DNA from: an uncultured Chloroflexia bacterium
GTDB taxonomy: Bacteria; Chloroflexota; Limnocylindria; Limnocylindrales; CSP1-4
NCBI GenBank assembly: GCA_963713075.1
Contig: CAVQKO010000006.1
Coordinates: forward strand, 644,408 to 708,407
DNA length: 64,000 bases
Direction: 5' to 3'
Shown here: piece after piece, positions 1 through 10,900 of the stretch
How the letters are laid out: each line of letters begins with the position of its first letter
Position numbering within the stretch: the stretch's first letter is position 1
Translations under genes and position numbers: made by a program
The notes under the pieces: generated by a model
Databases searched by the model: none
What the model was told of the DNA's origin: nothing
The model's input: only the letters and a program-made list of their open reading frames with translations

Positions 1-564
1 TCGAGCGGTGCCGTCGCGGCCTCCGCGGCTGTCGGCGGGTCGGGCGGGCCGTCCGCGTCGATCGCCTCGCCGCCGGCCTCCGGCCCCACTGCCTCGGCGG
101 TCGCGGGCAAGCCGCTCAAGCTCACGAGCGCGAGCGCCTCGTCGATCCTCGGGGGCAACACCGGCAAGTACGGCCCCCAGAACGCCATCGACGGCAGCCT
201 CAAGACCAGCTGGCAGGAGGGCGCCGCGGCCGAGCAGGGCCAGTGGATCGAGGTGGGATTCGCCGCGGCCGCGGTAGACGGGATCGTCATCCGCAACGGC
301 TTCCAGGCGTCGACCGCGCTGTACAAGGGCAACCTGCGGCTCAAGGCGATCGAGGTGTCGGTCGACGGCGGGACGCCGGTGCCGTTGACGCTCAAGGACA
401 CGACCTCCGCCCAGCGGTTCGGCCTGCCGGCGGTGGCCAACGCGACACGCGTCCGGATCACCATCGTGTCCACCTACCCGTCGGTGAAAACCTCGGTCAG
501 CGGGTCGCCGTTCAAGGATGCCGCGGTCAGCGAGGTCAGCGTGCTCGGGGTGACCGGCGGATGA
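1..564 (+). CDS. Discoidin (F5/8 type C) domain protein, 5'-truncated at the window edge
   Basis: Frame 1 is open from the window start. The translation contains NAIDGSLKTSWQEG...GQWIEVGF...IRNG, which is characteristic of a carbohydrate-binding discoidin domain. The stop codon is at 562-564. Confidence 0.55.
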   Translation, partial: SSGAVAASAAVGGSGGPSASIASPPASGPTASAVAGKPLKLTSASASSILGGNTGKYGPQNAIDGSLKTSWQEGAAAEQGQWIEVGFAAAAVDGIVIRNGFQASTALYKGNLRLKAIEVSVDGGTPVPLTLKDTTSAQRFGLPAVANATRVRITIVSTYPSVKTSVSGSPFKDAAVSEVSVLGVTGG

Positions 565-654
565 ACGAACGTCCGGGGCGGGCTCGCCCCGAGTTCGTCG
601 TATGCTGCGGGCCGACATGGCCCGGGTGATGCGTCCTGCCCAGGGTGACCGCCG

Positions 655-1944
655 ATGAGCGCCATCGGCTCCTGGTTCGCGCGCGCCCTCGCGGCCTTCG
701 GCGGGCCGCAGGTGGCGGGGATCGTGCTGCTGGCCGGGATCATCGCCGGCGGCGTGGGCGGCGTCATCGTCAGCTCGGGCAGCGGCTCGAGCGGCGGGAC
801 CATCGACGTCTACGCGTGCCCCAACCAGGGGCCCGCGCTCGCGGCCGCGGCCAACGGCCAGCAGCTGCTGGTGACCGGGCGGACGGCCGACAACGCCTGG
901 CTCCGGATCCACCTGCCGGCGCCGGGACGGACCGAGGGCTGGGTCGAGGCCGGACCGCTCACGGTCAGCGGCTCGCTCGATTCGGTGCCCGTCGCCACCT
1001 GCAGCGCGATCGCCGCCGCCGCGCCGCCGCTGATCGCCGCGGAGCCCTCGCTGACGGCGATCGTGAACGCCACGCCGTCGCCCGCGCCAAGCCCGACCCC
1101 GTCGCCCACGGCCTCGCCGACGAGCACCCCGGCGCTCGCGAAGCTGAACCTGACGGCCTCCGCCAAGACGATCAGCTACGACCAGGGCTCGTACTGCCCC
1201 ACCGCGGCCAAGTCGGTGACGATCTCGGTCAACGCGACCGACTCGGCTGGCGTCGCCTCGGTGACGCTCTACTGGCGCGCACCGGGCGCGGCCACGTACG
1301 CGTCGACCGCGATGAGCCTCAAGTCGGGGACGGACACGAGCGGGACCTGGCAGGCGACCATGAGCACGAGCGGCAACTCGATCACGCATGCCGGTTCGCT
1401 CGCGTACTACGCGGTCGCATCGGTCTCGGGCGGCAGGTCCAGCAAGATCCCGGCGAAGGGCGCGAGCTACCTCTCGGTCGCCGTATGCGCGAACACCGGG
1501 CCCACGATCACGCAGCTGGCGTCGAGCTCTGGCTCCTCACTGTTCTGGGATCCGCTCGGCGTGGCCACGTGCCAGACCGCCACGAACATCACCGCCGCCG
1601 TCGCGGACGTCGACGGCGTGAAGTCGGTCACCCTCTACTACCGCCGTCCGGGCGCCTCCGCGTGGTCGTCCAAGTCGATGAACAACCAGACGATCGCCGG
1701 GAAGTGGTACGCGAACCTCGATTCGCTCGGCGACAAGATCTCGATCCCGAAGCCGCCGACCGGCGCGCTGAGCTGGTACATCAAGGCGGCCGACGGCAAG
1801 AACGCGACCAGCCAGTCGAAGACGTCATCGATCACGGTCCGACGGTGCGATTCGAGGCGGGTTCCGACGAGGATGCAGACCACGGACACCGAACCTACGG
1901 CACGACTGTGCTCGCCAGACGGCGACCACCAGATCTTCGCCTAA
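655..1944 (+). CDS. Membrane-anchored secreted protein with an SH3-like domain, a Pro/Thr/Ser linker and two homologous about 100-aa domains; function unknown
   Basis: There is an N-terminal hydrophobic segment (IVLLAGIIAGGVGGVIV). The PSPAPSPTPSPTASPTSTP linker is followed by two related Cys-bracketed domains (VTLYWRAPGA... and VTLYYRRPGA...). The codon bias is consistent with the genome. Confidence 0.5.
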   Translation: MSAIGSWFARALAAFGGPQVAGIVLLAGIIAGGVGGVIVSSGSGSSGGTIDVYACPNQGPALAAAANGQQLLVTGRTADNAWLRIHLPAPGRTEGWVEAGPLTVSGSLDSVPVATCSAIAAAAPPLIAAEPSLTAIVNATPSPAPSPTPSPTASPTSTPALAKLNLTASAKTISYDQGSYCPTAAKSVTISVNATDSAGVASVTLYWRAPGAATYASTAMSLKSGTDTSGTWQATMSTSGNSITHAGSLAYYAVASVSGGRSSKIPAKGASYLSVAVCANTGPTITQLASSSGSSLFWDPLGVATCQTATNITAAVADVDGVKSVTLYYRRPGASAWSSKSMNNQTIAGKWYANLDSLGDKISIPKPPTGALSWYIKAADGKNATSQSKTSSITVRRCDSRRVPTRMQTTDTEPTARLCSPDGDHQIFA

Positions 1945-2237
1945 GCCGGTGATCCGGACGGCATCGCCCGAGGACGCGCTAAGGTCGTCGTCTACACGGA
2001 CACGTTGATGACGATCGAAGCACGACAGAAGACGGCCACGGCAACCACGACGATGACTGATTCATCGCCAAGGACTCATCGAGTACTGGGTCACGATCCA
2101 GCCGAACACACGGGCAGACCTTCTCGGCGCATCGCCATGACGCTCACGGTACTATGCGAACGACGGACCGAGGTACGGCGGCAGCGGGCAAGAGCCCGCA
2201 GCGCGCCCACGGCTCGATCCGATGCAGGTCTGCTGAG

Positions 2238-4217
2238 ATGACCCGTATCGCGTCGCTCCTCCCCAAGGTCCTGCTCTTCGCCGTCTCGGCGCTCGTGAGC
2301 GGCCTCGTCGCGTCGGTCATCGTCAGCGCATCGGCCAACAACACCCCGGTCTCGACGGTGGGCAGCGCTCCTGCCTACCTGCTGGCCGGCCCCGACACCC
2401 CCTCGGGCAGCAACGCGCCCGTCGCGCTGGCCGCGCCCGTCGCGTTCAACATGACGCCCAGCGGGTCCCCCGCACCGCTGCCGACGCTCGCGCCGGACCA
2501 GCTGGCCGCGGCCGCCAAGGCGCTCGTCGGGGCCAAGCCCGCCAAGTGGGTCAACCCCACGGGCTTCCCGCGGATCACGCCCATCACGCAGTTCGACGGC
2601 GGCCCGCTCCAGAACTTCAACTGCACGATGGCGTCAGGCGCCATGCTCGCCCGGCTCGGCTCGGGAATCGTCACCGACGGCTCCACGCTCCGCTCGCTCC
2701 AGGCCAAACAGGTGGGCGGAACCAGCCTCAACGACCTCGCCGCGGCACTGTGGCACGGCTACGGCGTCAGCTACCACTTCGGCCTCATCAAGCTCGATTC
2801 GCTCAAGTCGCTGCTCAAGGCGGGCTACGGCGCCGTCGCGCAGGGCGTCTACGGCCAGGTCCCGGCGGCGCTCCGCCTCCAGAAGGACTTCACCGGCGGC
2901 CACGCGATCTACCTCGACGGCTACTACCCGGGCGATCCAGCGCACAAGATCCCCGAGGCCTACTTCGTCGTCGACCCGCTCGGGCGGCCGTGGGCGGGCT
3001 ACGAGGGCGACTGGTGGCCGGCCGCAGTCGTGGACCAGTTCCTCGTCGCGTTCTCCGGCGGCAGCCGCGCCTCGGCGATGTGGGCCTACCCGCCCGGCGG
3101 CTCGCCGCCTGCGGTGGTCAACCCCGACGTGCTGCCGATGCCGCCCGACCCGCCGGCCTCAGCCACGCCATCGCCGTCGGGCTCGGCCTCGCCGTCGGAA
3201 TCGGCATCGACGGAACCGTCGCCCTCAGAGTCGGCGACGGCCTCGCCCTCAGGCTCGGCGGGCGGCACAATCCCGCCGTACGTCGGGCCGATCTTCGCCG
3301 GCGACCAGGCCGTGTCGCAGGTCCTGCTCCAGGAGATCCAGCAGCCGCAGTCCGGCGGCGTGATCGTGCACCCCGTGTTCGACCTGTGCCTCCACGACCC
3401 GAAACCGCCGGGCTGCCCCACCGGGATCCCGGCCACCGTGACGCTCCACATCCAGCCTGCCGCGCTCGCCCCGCCGGGGCCGAGCATCAGCGTGCTGTTC
3501 GTTGACTCGCCGACCTCGAACCTCGCGATCGTCGGCTACACGGTGGACCCGGCCGCCACCTCGGACGTCCGCTTCTGGGAGGTCGGCCTCAGCCCGGGCT
3601 CGGTGCACTCGGCGTCCGCGATGAGCACCGCGCAGATCAACGGCCAGACGGTGGTGCTGGCGAGGCTCGACGTGAACGCGGGCACGCACTACCAGTTCCA
3701 GGTGGTGGCGGGCAGCGGCGCGAGCGCCGCCCAGAGCCCGATCGGCGACTTCACCACCGGCGCGGGCGTGGCGCAGTTCGACGTGACCGTGGGCTCGGCG
3801 CCGTCGCCGAGCCTGGGCCTCGGCACCGGGTTCTCGCCGTACTTCCACGTTCCCCAGGGGGGCATGGCGCCGCCGATCATCCCGCTCGCGTCGGCGGGCG
3901 GCTCGTGCGCGACCACGGGCGACTTCAACGGCGTGGCCTTTTGCCTCGACCCGATCACCACCCTGACCCTCGCGACCTGCACGAAGGCGACCGTGACCTA
4001 CACGCTCGTCGGCCTCGACGCGGCGGGCGTCGTCGTCCGCGCCTACCCGCAGGGCGGCGGCGGGGGCGTGGGCGGCGTCGTGGAGGCGACGGGCCCCACG
4101 CCGTCGGGGTCGCTCGACGTCGGCTGCCTCGCGTCGGGGCTCACCTACACGGTGGCGCTCTCGGCGCAGGGCGACGACCACGGCATCCTGGCCCAGCGGA
4201 CGGTCAGCGTCCCGTAG
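2238..4217 (+). CDS. Secreted protein with a possible papain-like Cys/His hydrolase fold at the N-terminus, a Ser/Pro-rich linker and C-terminal beta-rich domains
   Basis: ATG at 2238 gives a signal/TM-like segment (LLPKVLLFAVSALVSGLVASVIV). The protein contains CTMASGAM...GGHAIYLDGYY...VVDPLG, a Cys-His-Asp arrangement. A long SASPSESASTEPSPSESATASPSGS linker follows. Confidence 0.5.
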   Translation: MTRIASLLPKVLLFAVSALVSGLVASVIVSASANNTPVSTVGSAPAYLLAGPDTPSGSNAPVALAAPVAFNMTPSGSPAPLPTLAPDQLAAAAKALVGAKPAKWVNPTGFPRITPITQFDGGPLQNFNCTMASGAMLARLGSGIVTDGSTLRSLQAKQVGGTSLNDLAAALWHGYGVSYHFGLIKLDSLKSLLKAGYGAVAQGVYGQVPAALRLQKDFTGGHAIYLDGYYPGDPAHKIPEAYFVVDPLGRPWAGYEGDWWPAAVVDQFLVAFSGGSRASAMWAYPPGGSPPAVVNPDVLPMPPDPPASATPSPSGSASPSESASTEPSPSESATASPSGSAGGTIPPYVGPIFAGDQAVSQVLLQEIQQPQSGGVIVHPVFDLCLHDPKPPGCPTGIPATVTLHIQPAALAPPGPSISVLFVDSPTSNLAIVGYTVDPAATSDVRFWEVGLSPGSVHSASAMSTAQINGQTVVLARLDVNAGTHYQFQVVAGSGASAAQSPIGDFTTGAGVAQFDVTVGSAPSPSLGLGTGFSPYFHVPQGGMAPPIIPLASAGGSCATTGDFNGVAFCLDPITTLTLATCTKATVTYTLVGLDAAGVVVRAYPQGGGGGVGGVVEATGPTPSGSLDVGCLASGLTYTVALSAQGDDHGILAQRTVSVP

Positions 4218-4241
4218 CGCCTGCGGCGGGCTCCGGCCGCC

Positions 4242-5354
4242 TCAGAACATGATCATCTGGCGGGCCGCGGCGCCGGCGCGGAGCCGGTCGAAGGCGTCCT
4301 CGAGCCCGCCCAGCGCAATGCGCCGGTCGATCAGCTTCTCGATCGGCAGGCGGCCGGCGAGGTACGCCTCCGCGTATCGCGGGAAGTCGATCGCGGCCAC
4401 CGCCGACCCGTAGTTGGAGCCGAGGATCCGCCGCCCGCCGTCCACGAACGGGAACGCCTCGAACGACGCCTGCTGGCGGAAGCGGGTCAGCCCGACGAGC
4501 ACCGCCGTGCCGCCGGGCGGCAGCGCCGCCACCGCCTGCGAGATCGTGGCCGGGCTGCCGATGGCCTCGAACACGAAGTCGGGGCCGCCGTCGCCAGCGG
4601 CCGTCTTGATGCCCTCGAGGGTGGCCTCGGGCTTCGCGGGGTCGGCCTGCACCCAGTGCGTGGCCCCGAGCGTGCCGGCGAGCTCGATCTTGGCGCGGCT
4701 GATGTCCACCGCGACGATGCGGCGGGCGCCGGCCAGCACCGCGCCCATGACGCACGAGAGCCCCACCCCGCCGAGCCCGATCACCGCGACGGTGTCACCC
4801 GGTCTCACCTCGGCGGTCTTCACCACGGCGCCGACGCCGGTGGACACGCCGCAGCCGATGAGCGCGGCCACCTCGGGCGGCACGCCGTCGGGCATCGGCA
4901 CGACCGCCGTCGCCGGCACCACCTGAGCGGTGGACATCGTGCCGATCGAAAGGTACGAGAGGACGGGCGAACCGTCGGCGCGCGACACGCGGGGCGTGCC
5001 GTCGAGCCCCGCGTGGCGATAGGCGGGCGAACCCTGGCAGAGCCACTGGCGGCCGCGCTGGCACTCGCGGCAGCGCAGGCACGGCGCAAGCCAGTTGAGC
5101 GCGACGGCGCGGCCGACCGCCCCCGGGTCGATCCCGGCGCCCACCTCCTCGATGACGCCGGCGCCCTCGTGGCCCATGACCACCGGGCCCTCGCGCTCCC
5201 AGTCGCCGTCGCGGACGTGGAGGTCCGAGTGGCACACGCCGGCGCACGTCATCCGGACGAGGACCTCGCCCGGGCCGGGGCCGTCGAGCTGGAGCGTTTC
5301 GATCGTCACGGGCATGCCCGATCGCTCGATGACGGCTCCGGTGATCTCGCGCAT
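4242..5354 (-). CDS. Zn-dependent alcohol dehydrogenase (MDR family, class III/formaldehyde-dehydrogenase-like)
   Basis: GHEGAGVIEEVG and C..H..D catalytic Zn ligands are present, as are the structural-Zn cysteines (CLRCRECQRGRQWLC). A Rossmann GLGGVGLS motif is also present. The product is 370 aa. Confidence 0.85.
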   Translation of the reverse strand: MREITGAVIERSGMPVTIETLQLDGPGPGEVLVRMTCAGVCHSDLHVRDGDWEREGPVVMGHEGAGVIEEVGAGIDPGAVGRAVALNWLAPCLRCRECQRGRQWLCQGSPAYRHAGLDGTPRVSRADGSPVLSYLSIGTMSTAQVVPATAVVPMPDGVPPEVAALIGCGVSTGVGAVVKTAEVRPGDTVAVIGLGGVGLSCVMGAVLAGARRIVAVDISRAKIELAGTLGATHWVQADPAKPEATLEGIKTAAGDGGPDFVFEAIGSPATISQAVAALPPGGTAVLVGLTRFRQQASFEAFPFVDGGRRILGSNYGSAVAAIDFPRYAEAYLAGRLPIEKLIDRRIALGGLEDAFDRLRAGAAARQMIMF

Positions 5355-5469
5355 CCCGCCTCCTCGTTGTCCGGCGCCCGGCGGCGCACCGCCATGGTGC
5401 CGTGCTTCGGGCGCGCGTGCGGGACGGGCGCGTCGCGGGCGTGCTTGGGGCGCGCGTGCGGGGCCCGCG

Positions 5470-8373
5470 TCAGCCGGTGTTCTGGAGGCCGGCCGCCACG
5501 CCGTTGATCGTGGCGCCGATCACCGAGCGCAGCGCCGCCGCGTCGGCGGGCGTCACGTCGTCGCGGCGCAGCCGCGCCAGCAGCTCCACCTGGAGCGCCG
5601 AGAGGGCGTCGACGTACGGGTTGCGCAGGTCGATCGCCCGCGCGAGGGACGGGTGGTCGGCCAGCAGCCGGTCCCGGCCGGTCACGAGCGCGAGCAGCCG
5701 GACCGAGCGGGCGTGCTCCGCCTCGATCATCGCCCGGATGGCCGTGGCGTCCGGCCCGGGGGCCAGGTCGGCGAACCGCCGGAAGGTGCCGATGTCGGCC
5801 TTGGCGAGTGAGAGCTCCGCGTTGTCGAGCACCGAGCGGAAGAACGGCCAGCTGCGGTAGACGTCGGCGAGGTGGTCCACCATCTCGCGCCCGCCGCGGG
5901 CCGCCACCGCCTCGAGCGCGGTGCCGAGGCCGTACCAGCCGGGCAGGTTGGCGCGCGCCTGGGACCACGCGAACACCCAGGGGATCGCGCGCAGCGAGGC
6001 CAGCTCGTCGCCCGGCGGCCTCGCCCCCGCGTCGCCGCTCGGCCGGGACGACGGCCGCGACCCGAGGCCCAGGCCTGCGATCAGGTCGATCGGCGTGGCG
6101 GCCCGGAAGAACGCCGGGAAGGCCGGCAGATCCACCAGCGCCCGATACGCGGCCCGCGAGATCGCCGCCAGCTCGGCCATCGTCGCCGCGCCCCGCTCGG
6201 CCGCCGCCCGGGTCGCGCGCTCGTGCTCGCGGGTGGAGGCGAGCAGCACGGCGGCCGTCACCTGCTCGAGGTGCCGCTGTGCGATCGCCGGGTCGGCGTA
6301 GTGCGCCGCGATCACCTCGCCCTGCTCGGTGAACTTGAGGCGGCCGTCCACCGAGCCCGGCGCCTGGGCGAGGATGCCCCGGTTCGCCGGGCCGCCGCCG
6401 CGCCCGATCGCGCCGCCGCGGCCGTGGAACAGCGTGAGCGTGACCCCGTGCCTTCGGGCGACGGCCACGAGCAATTCCTGCGCCCGGTACAGGAGCCAGT
6501 TGGCCGCGAGGAACCCGCTCTCCTTGGAGGAGTCGGAGTAGCCGAGCATCACCTCCTGGGCATCGCCGCGCGACCGCAGGTGCTCGCGGTAGGCGGGGTC
6601 CGCGAGGAGGGCGTCGAGGAGCGGCCCCGCCCCCTCGAGCGCCTCGGCCGACTCCAGGAGCGGCACCACGTCGATGACGGGCACGATGGCGGGCAGCTCG
6701 GCGAGCGCGGGTGCCGGCACGCCGAACGGGTCGGCCTCGGCCGCCTGTCGGGCGAGGTCCAGGACGCGGCGGACGTCGTCGGGGCTGGTGGTGAACGAGA
6801 TGACATAGCGGCGGCAGGCCTCGACGCCCACGCGCGCCTGGAGCCGCGCCATGGCGCGGAACGTCGCGAGGACCTCCTCGGCGGTGACGCCGGCCGTGAC
6901 CTCGGTGTCGGGCGACGCGCCCCGGTCCAGGGCCGCCGACAGGGCGCGGTGCACGTCCGCGTGCTGGCGGACCTCGAGCGAGGCGAGGTGGAAGCCGAAC
7001 GTCGCCAGCTGCGAGCGCAGGTCGGCGATCTCGCCCCAGGCGACGCGCCCGAGACCGTCGGCGACGAGGGCGTCGGCGAGCGCGCTCAGCTCGGCGTCGA
7101 GCGCCCTCGGGTCCGGGTAGCCGCCGGTCCGGGGCGCCGTCTCGCCGGTGAGCGCCGCGCGGGTCCGGCGCAGCCGCTCGGCGATCACGCCCATCCGCAC
7201 CCGGTACGGCTCGTCGGGGAAGCGTCGCCGCAGCGCGCGCACGGTCTCGGTCAGCTCCTCGGCGTCGCGGGCGAGCTGGCTGTCCACGGCCCGGTCGAGG
7301 CGCTCGGCGGGCACGCGCGCCGCGAGCATCCCCATGAGGCGCGTCGCCACCGCCTCGTAGCCCCGCAGCAGGTGCTCGACCTGGAGCCGGGCGGCCTGGA
7401 GCGTCACGTCGGCGGTCACGCCCGGGTGCCCGTCGCGGTCCGCCCCGATCCACGATCCGAACTGCAGGATCGCCGACACCGCCGGCGGCCGGGCGCCGGT
7501 CCGGCCCGCGTCGGAGGCAGGCGCGTCGGGACTCGCCGGCGGCGTCCCGGGCGCCGGGTCGAGGGCGCGGTCCGCCGCCCGCTGGAAGCGCGGCACGCTC
7601 GTGAACAGCACGTCGTCGAAGATCGCCAGCGCCGAGCGGACCTCGTCGAGCGGTGACGGGCGCACCGTGCGCAGGTCCGCGGTGTGCCACAGCAGCGCGA
7701 TCTCCTCGCGCAGGCGCCGGCGCACGTCGGCGTCCTCGTCGGGGGTGATGAGCGGGTCGTCGAGCGCGTCGAGCAGCCGCTTCACGCGCCGCTGCGCCTG
7801 GAGCAGCGTGCGGCGGCGGGCCTCGGTCGGATGCGCCGTGAGCACCGAGTGGACCACGGTCCGGCCGAGGATCGCGCTCACCTCGTCGGGCGCGTGCTCG
7901 GCGCGCAGGAGCTCCACGGCCTCGCGCAGCGAGCCGTCGATGCCACGGCCCCTGGCGCGACGGGCCCGCGACCGCAGGACGCGGATCCGCTGGCGCTCCT
8001 CGGCGAGGTTGACCAGCTGGAAGTACAGGGTGAACGCCTTCGCGACCGCGGCGGCCGCGGTGGTGTCGAGGGCGCCGAGGTCGGCGGTCAGGAGGGCGCG
8101 CTCCGCCGCGTGCGCATCGGGCGTGAGCGGATCGCCGCGCCGCAGCGCGATCGTCCTGCGCCGCAGCCGCTCGACGGTCGCGAACAGCTCGGGGCCCACC
8201 TGCTCGGCGATGACCTGGCCGAGCAGCGCGCCCAGCAGGCGGACCTCGCGCGTCAGCGGGTCGCGGGCGCGCCCGAGCCCGGGACCCGGCGGCTCCGCCG
8301 CGACGGCGACGAACCGGGCCTCCGGGGCGCGCGAGTCGGGGGACCGCGGATCGCGGGCGGCTCGAGGAGGCAC
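5470..8373 (-). CDS. ppc: Phosphoenolpyruvate carboxylase
   Basis: PEPC hallmarks are present: [36 protein letters not shown] and the C-terminal GLQNTG. The ORF is open to 8598, but the conserved N-terminus ([11 protein letters not shown]) begins at about aa 113, so the true start is probably internal (the GTG near 8373 is approximate). Confidence 0.9.
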   Translation of the reverse strand: MPPRAARDPRSPDSRAPEARFVAVAAEPPGPGLGRARDPLTREVRLLGALLGQVIAEQVGPELFATVERLRRRTIALRRGDPLTPDAHAAERALLTADLGALDTTAAAAVAKAFTLYFQLVNLAEERQRIRVLRSRARRARGRGIDGSLREAVELLRAEHAPDEVSAILGRTVVHSVLTAHPTEARRRTLLQAQRRVKRLLDALDDPLITPDEDADVRRRLREEIALLWHTADLRTVRPSPLDEVRSALAIFDDVLFTSVPRFQRAADRALDPAPGTPPASPDAPASDAGRTGARPPAVSAILQFGSWIGADRDGHPGVTADVTLQAARLQVEHLLRGYEAVATRLMGMLAARVPAERLDRAVDSQLARDAEELTETVRALRRRFPDEPYRVRMGVIAERLRRTRAALTGETAPRTGGYPDPRALDAELSALADALVADGLGRVAWGEIADLRSQLATFGFHLASLEVRQHADVHRALSAALDRGASPDTEVTAGVTAEEVLATFRAMARLQARVGVEACRRYVISFTTSPDDVRRVLDLARQAAEADPFGVPAPALAELPAIVPVIDVVPLLESAEALEGAGPLLDALLADPAYREHLRSRGDAQEVMLGYSDSSKESGFLAANWLLYRAQELLVAVARRHGVTLTLFHGRGGAIGRGGGPANRGILAQAPGSVDGRLKFTEQGEVIAAHYADPAIAQRHLEQVTAAVLLASTREHERATRAAAERGAATMAELAAISRAAYRALVDLPAFPAFFRAATPIDLIAGLGLGSRPSSRPSGDAGARPPGDELASLRAIPWVFAWSQARANLPGWYGLGTALEAVAARGGREMVDHLADVYRSWPFFRSVLDNAELSLAKADIGTFRRFADLAPGPDATAIRAMIEAEHARSVRLLALVTGRDRLLADHPSLARAIDLRNPYVDALSALQVELLARLRRDDVTPADAAALRSVIGATINGVAAGLQNTG

Positions 8374-8502
8374 GACGCACAGGATATGGCCCCGCGTCGC
8401 GCGCTCCAACGCCCGCTGGGTTACGGTTCGACTGCAAGGGCACCGTCGCGCTACCGGGCCGAAACCGACGACGGTAGCGGCGGCGCATAGGCTTGCACCG
8501 AG

Positions 8503-9948
8503 ATGGCGAAGACGACCAGCGACGCGCGCCCCCCGGCTGGCGCCACGGACCCGAACGGGTCGGCGGCCGGTTCGCTGCAGGCGTCGGGCCTCCTCCACGG
8601 CCCGTCGGTCGAGCCCCTGAGCGTCGCGCAGCCAGGTGACAGCCCGGCGGCCGAGCCCCTGCCCGCGTCAGGCCCGCCGCACGGCCCCGTGCCCATCCCG
8701 CCGACCGCGCCCCGCGACCCCGTGGCCGAGCTGCGCTTCCTCCACGAGATCCTGCGCCTCGCCACCACGGCCCGGACCTGGGAGGAGCTGCTCGAGACCG
8801 TGGTCGACGGCACGCGCGACGCGCTCCACGCGTCGGTGTCGAGCCTGTACCTGCTCGACCGCGACGGCGAGATGCTGACCCTCGCGGCCACCAACGGCCT
8901 CGACCGCCACCACATCGGCCGGACGAAGATCAGGCTCGGGGAGGGGATCACCGGGCGTGTCGTTGCCAGCCGCCAGCCGATCGCGATCCCCGAGGTCCGC
9001 GCCGACCCCCGCTTCCTCTGGGTGCGCGGCCTCGACCAGCGCCGGTTCATCACGTCCATGCTCTCGGTGCCGCTCACGTGGCGCGACCAGGTCGTGGGCG
9101 CGCTCAGCGTCCAGACCGAGCTGCGCCGCGAGTTCGACGACGACGACATCGCGCAGCTGTCGGCCATCGCGGACCTGCTGGCGGGGATCGTCGAGAAGGG
9201 CCGCCTCCAGCGCGAGGCCGAGGCGCAGGTCGCCCAGCTCCAGGCGCTCGACCACGCCCGCTCGGAACTGATCGCCCTCGTCACCCACGAGCTGCGCACG
9301 CCCCTCGCCGTCGTCCGCGCGTACACGGACCTGCTCTCGGAGGAGCCGTCGCTCGACGGCCGGACATCCCGCGACCCGATGCGCCGCTCCACCCGCGCCG
9401 CCTGGCACTCGGGGACGCTCGAGCAGATCGAGCGGCTCGACCGGCTCGTCGGCGCGATCCTCGAGTCGGTCCGCGTGGTGCCCGACCAGCCCGCCGAGCT
9501 CGGGACGATCGACCTCCACGGCCTGGTCGGCGAGATGCTCGCGGACATGGCGCCGCTGCTCCACCGGCACCCGACCGTGCTGGGCACCACCCGCCCGCTG
9601 TCGGTCACCGCCGACGCCACGCGCCTGCGCCAGGTGCTCGAGCACCTGCTGGAGAACGCGGTCAAGTACGCTCCCCCCGAGACCCGGATCGAGCTCGACT
9701 GGTCGCTCGTGGAGGGCGTGGCCCGAATCGGCGTGTCCGATGAGGGTCCCGGCATCCCGCCCGAGTGGCGGGAGAAGATCTTCGAACCCTATGCCCGTCG
9801 CGAGACGAGCACCGCGCGCGGGTCCGGCATCGGGCTCTACGCGGCGCGCCGCCTCGCGGAATCGATGGGCGGTCGACTGTGGTGCGAGCCCGCAGCCACC
9901 GGCGGGGCGAGGTTCGTCCTCGCGCTGCCGGCCGCAGCCGCCGCCTGA
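8503..9948 (+). CDS. GAF-domain sensor histidine kinase
   Basis: An N-terminal GAF-like region is followed by the H-box HELRTPL and an HATPase region with N, G1 and G2 motifs (ENAVKYAPP, GSGIGL). The gene sits immediately upstream of a response regulator. Confidence 0.85.
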   Translation: MAKTTSDARPPAGATDPNGSAAGSLQASGLLHGPSVEPLSVAQPGDSPAAEPLPASGPPHGPVPIPPTAPRDPVAELRFLHEILRLATTARTWEELLETVVDGTRDALHASVSSLYLLDRDGEMLTLAATNGLDRHHIGRTKIRLGEGITGRVVASRQPIAIPEVRADPRFLWVRGLDQRRFITSMLSVPLTWRDQVVGALSVQTELRREFDDDDIAQLSAIADLLAGIVEKGRLQREAEAQVAQLQALDHARSELIALVTHELRTPLAVVRAYTDLLSEEPSLDGRTSRDPMRRSTRAAWHSGTLEQIERLDRLVGAILESVRVVPDQPAELGTIDLHGLVGEMLADMAPLLHRHPTVLGTTRPLSVTADATRLRQVLEHLLENAVKYAPPETRIELDWSLVEGVARIGVSDEGPGIPPEWREKIFEPYARRETSTARGSGIGLYAARRLAESMGGRLWCEPAATGGARFVLALPAAAAA

Positions 9949-9963
9949 GGAAGGAAGGACCAC

Positions 9964-10683
9964 GTGATCGGAACACGACCCCTGCGGATCCTCGTCGTGG
10001 ACGACGACCCGGCAATGGTGGGGGCCATCACCGCGCTGGTGGGCACCGAGGGCCACCAGGTCATCACCGCGTACGACGGCCTGACCGCGGTCAAGCGGTT
10101 CCGCGAGGAGCGGCCGGACCTCGTCCTGCTCGACCTCGCGATGCCCGGGCCGGACGGCTTCACGGTCATCGGCCAGCTGCGCGCGTCGGGAAACGTGCCA
10201 GTGCTCGTGGTGTCGGGCGAGAGCGCCGAGACCGCCAAGGTCAAGGCTCTCGGCATCGGCGCCGACGACTACCTCGTCAAGCCGTTCGGCAAGCAGGAGC
10301 TGCTCGCGCGGATCGCCGCGGTCATGCGCCGCGTGGACCTCGCCGGGGCGGGGCGCGGGTCCGGCGACGGATCGCAGGGCCTGCTGACCGCGGGCTCACT
10401 CACCCTCGAGCCGGCGCGCCACGAGGCGCGGGTCGGCGCGATCACCCTGGGGCTGACCCCGACCGAGTTCCGCCTGCTCGAGGCGCTCGTCCGCGCCGGC
10501 GGCGACCTCGTCCCGCACCACCGCCTGGCGCGAGCCGGCTGGCCGGCCGAGCCCGACCCCGACCTGCTCTGGCTGAAGCCGCACTTGGCGCGCCTGCGTT
10601 CGAAGCTCGAGGCGGTGGGCGGGCCGCGGATCGTGGCCGTGCGCTCGGTCGGGTACCGCATCGAGGCCGACGAGCGCGCCTGA
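9964..10683 (+). CDS. OmpR-family response regulator
   Basis: The receiver domain (LVVDDDP...LLDLAMPGPDG...YLVKPF) is followed by a winged-helix domain (LTPTEFRLLEAL). There is a 16-nt gap after the kinase gene. Confidence 0.9.
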   Translation: MIGTRPLRILVVDDDPAMVGAITALVGTEGHQVITAYDGLTAVKRFREERPDLVLLDLAMPGPDGFTVIGQLRASGNVPVLVVSGESAETAKVKALGIGADDYLVKPFGKQELLARIAAVMRRVDLAGAGRGSGDGSQGLLTAGSLTLEPARHEARVGAITLGLTPTEFRLLEALVRAGGDLVPHHRLARAGWPAEPDPDLLWLKPHLARLRSKLEAVGGPRIVAVRSVGYRIEADERA

Positions 10684-10699
10684 GGGCCTGGCCCTCCGG

Positions 10700-10900
10700 G
10701 GCGGACGGCGTTCGCGTACCGGCAGCGCCGACACGCCGGAAGCGCCGGGAGCGCCGGCAGCGCCGCAGGCACCGGCGGCGCGACAGGCGCCGGCAGGCAC
10801 CCGCGGCGCCGGGAGCTCCGTCAGCGCCGTCAGCGCCGGCAGTGCGGTGTCGTCAGCGCCGTCAGCTCCGGCGGCGCCGGCAGCTCCCGCACGCGGTGCC
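10700..10900. repeat. GC-rich microsatellite-like low-complexity repeat (GCGCCGGCAGCGCC-type units), in a 690-bp noncoding gap
   Basis: Short cggcagcgcc/cgtcagcgcc units are reiterated more than 10 times. A 17-bp direct duplication gcacatgcccgccccgg follows at about 10975-11020. ORFs through this region have no plausible start or RBS. Confidence 0.5.

Noticed and set aside
5306-8488. 1060-aa ORF overlapping ppc in another frame, and a 594-aa ORF (5872..7656) on the opposite strand
   Set aside because: The ppc frame carries unambiguous PEPC motifs. The alternative frames are low-complexity Arg/Pro/Gly strings.
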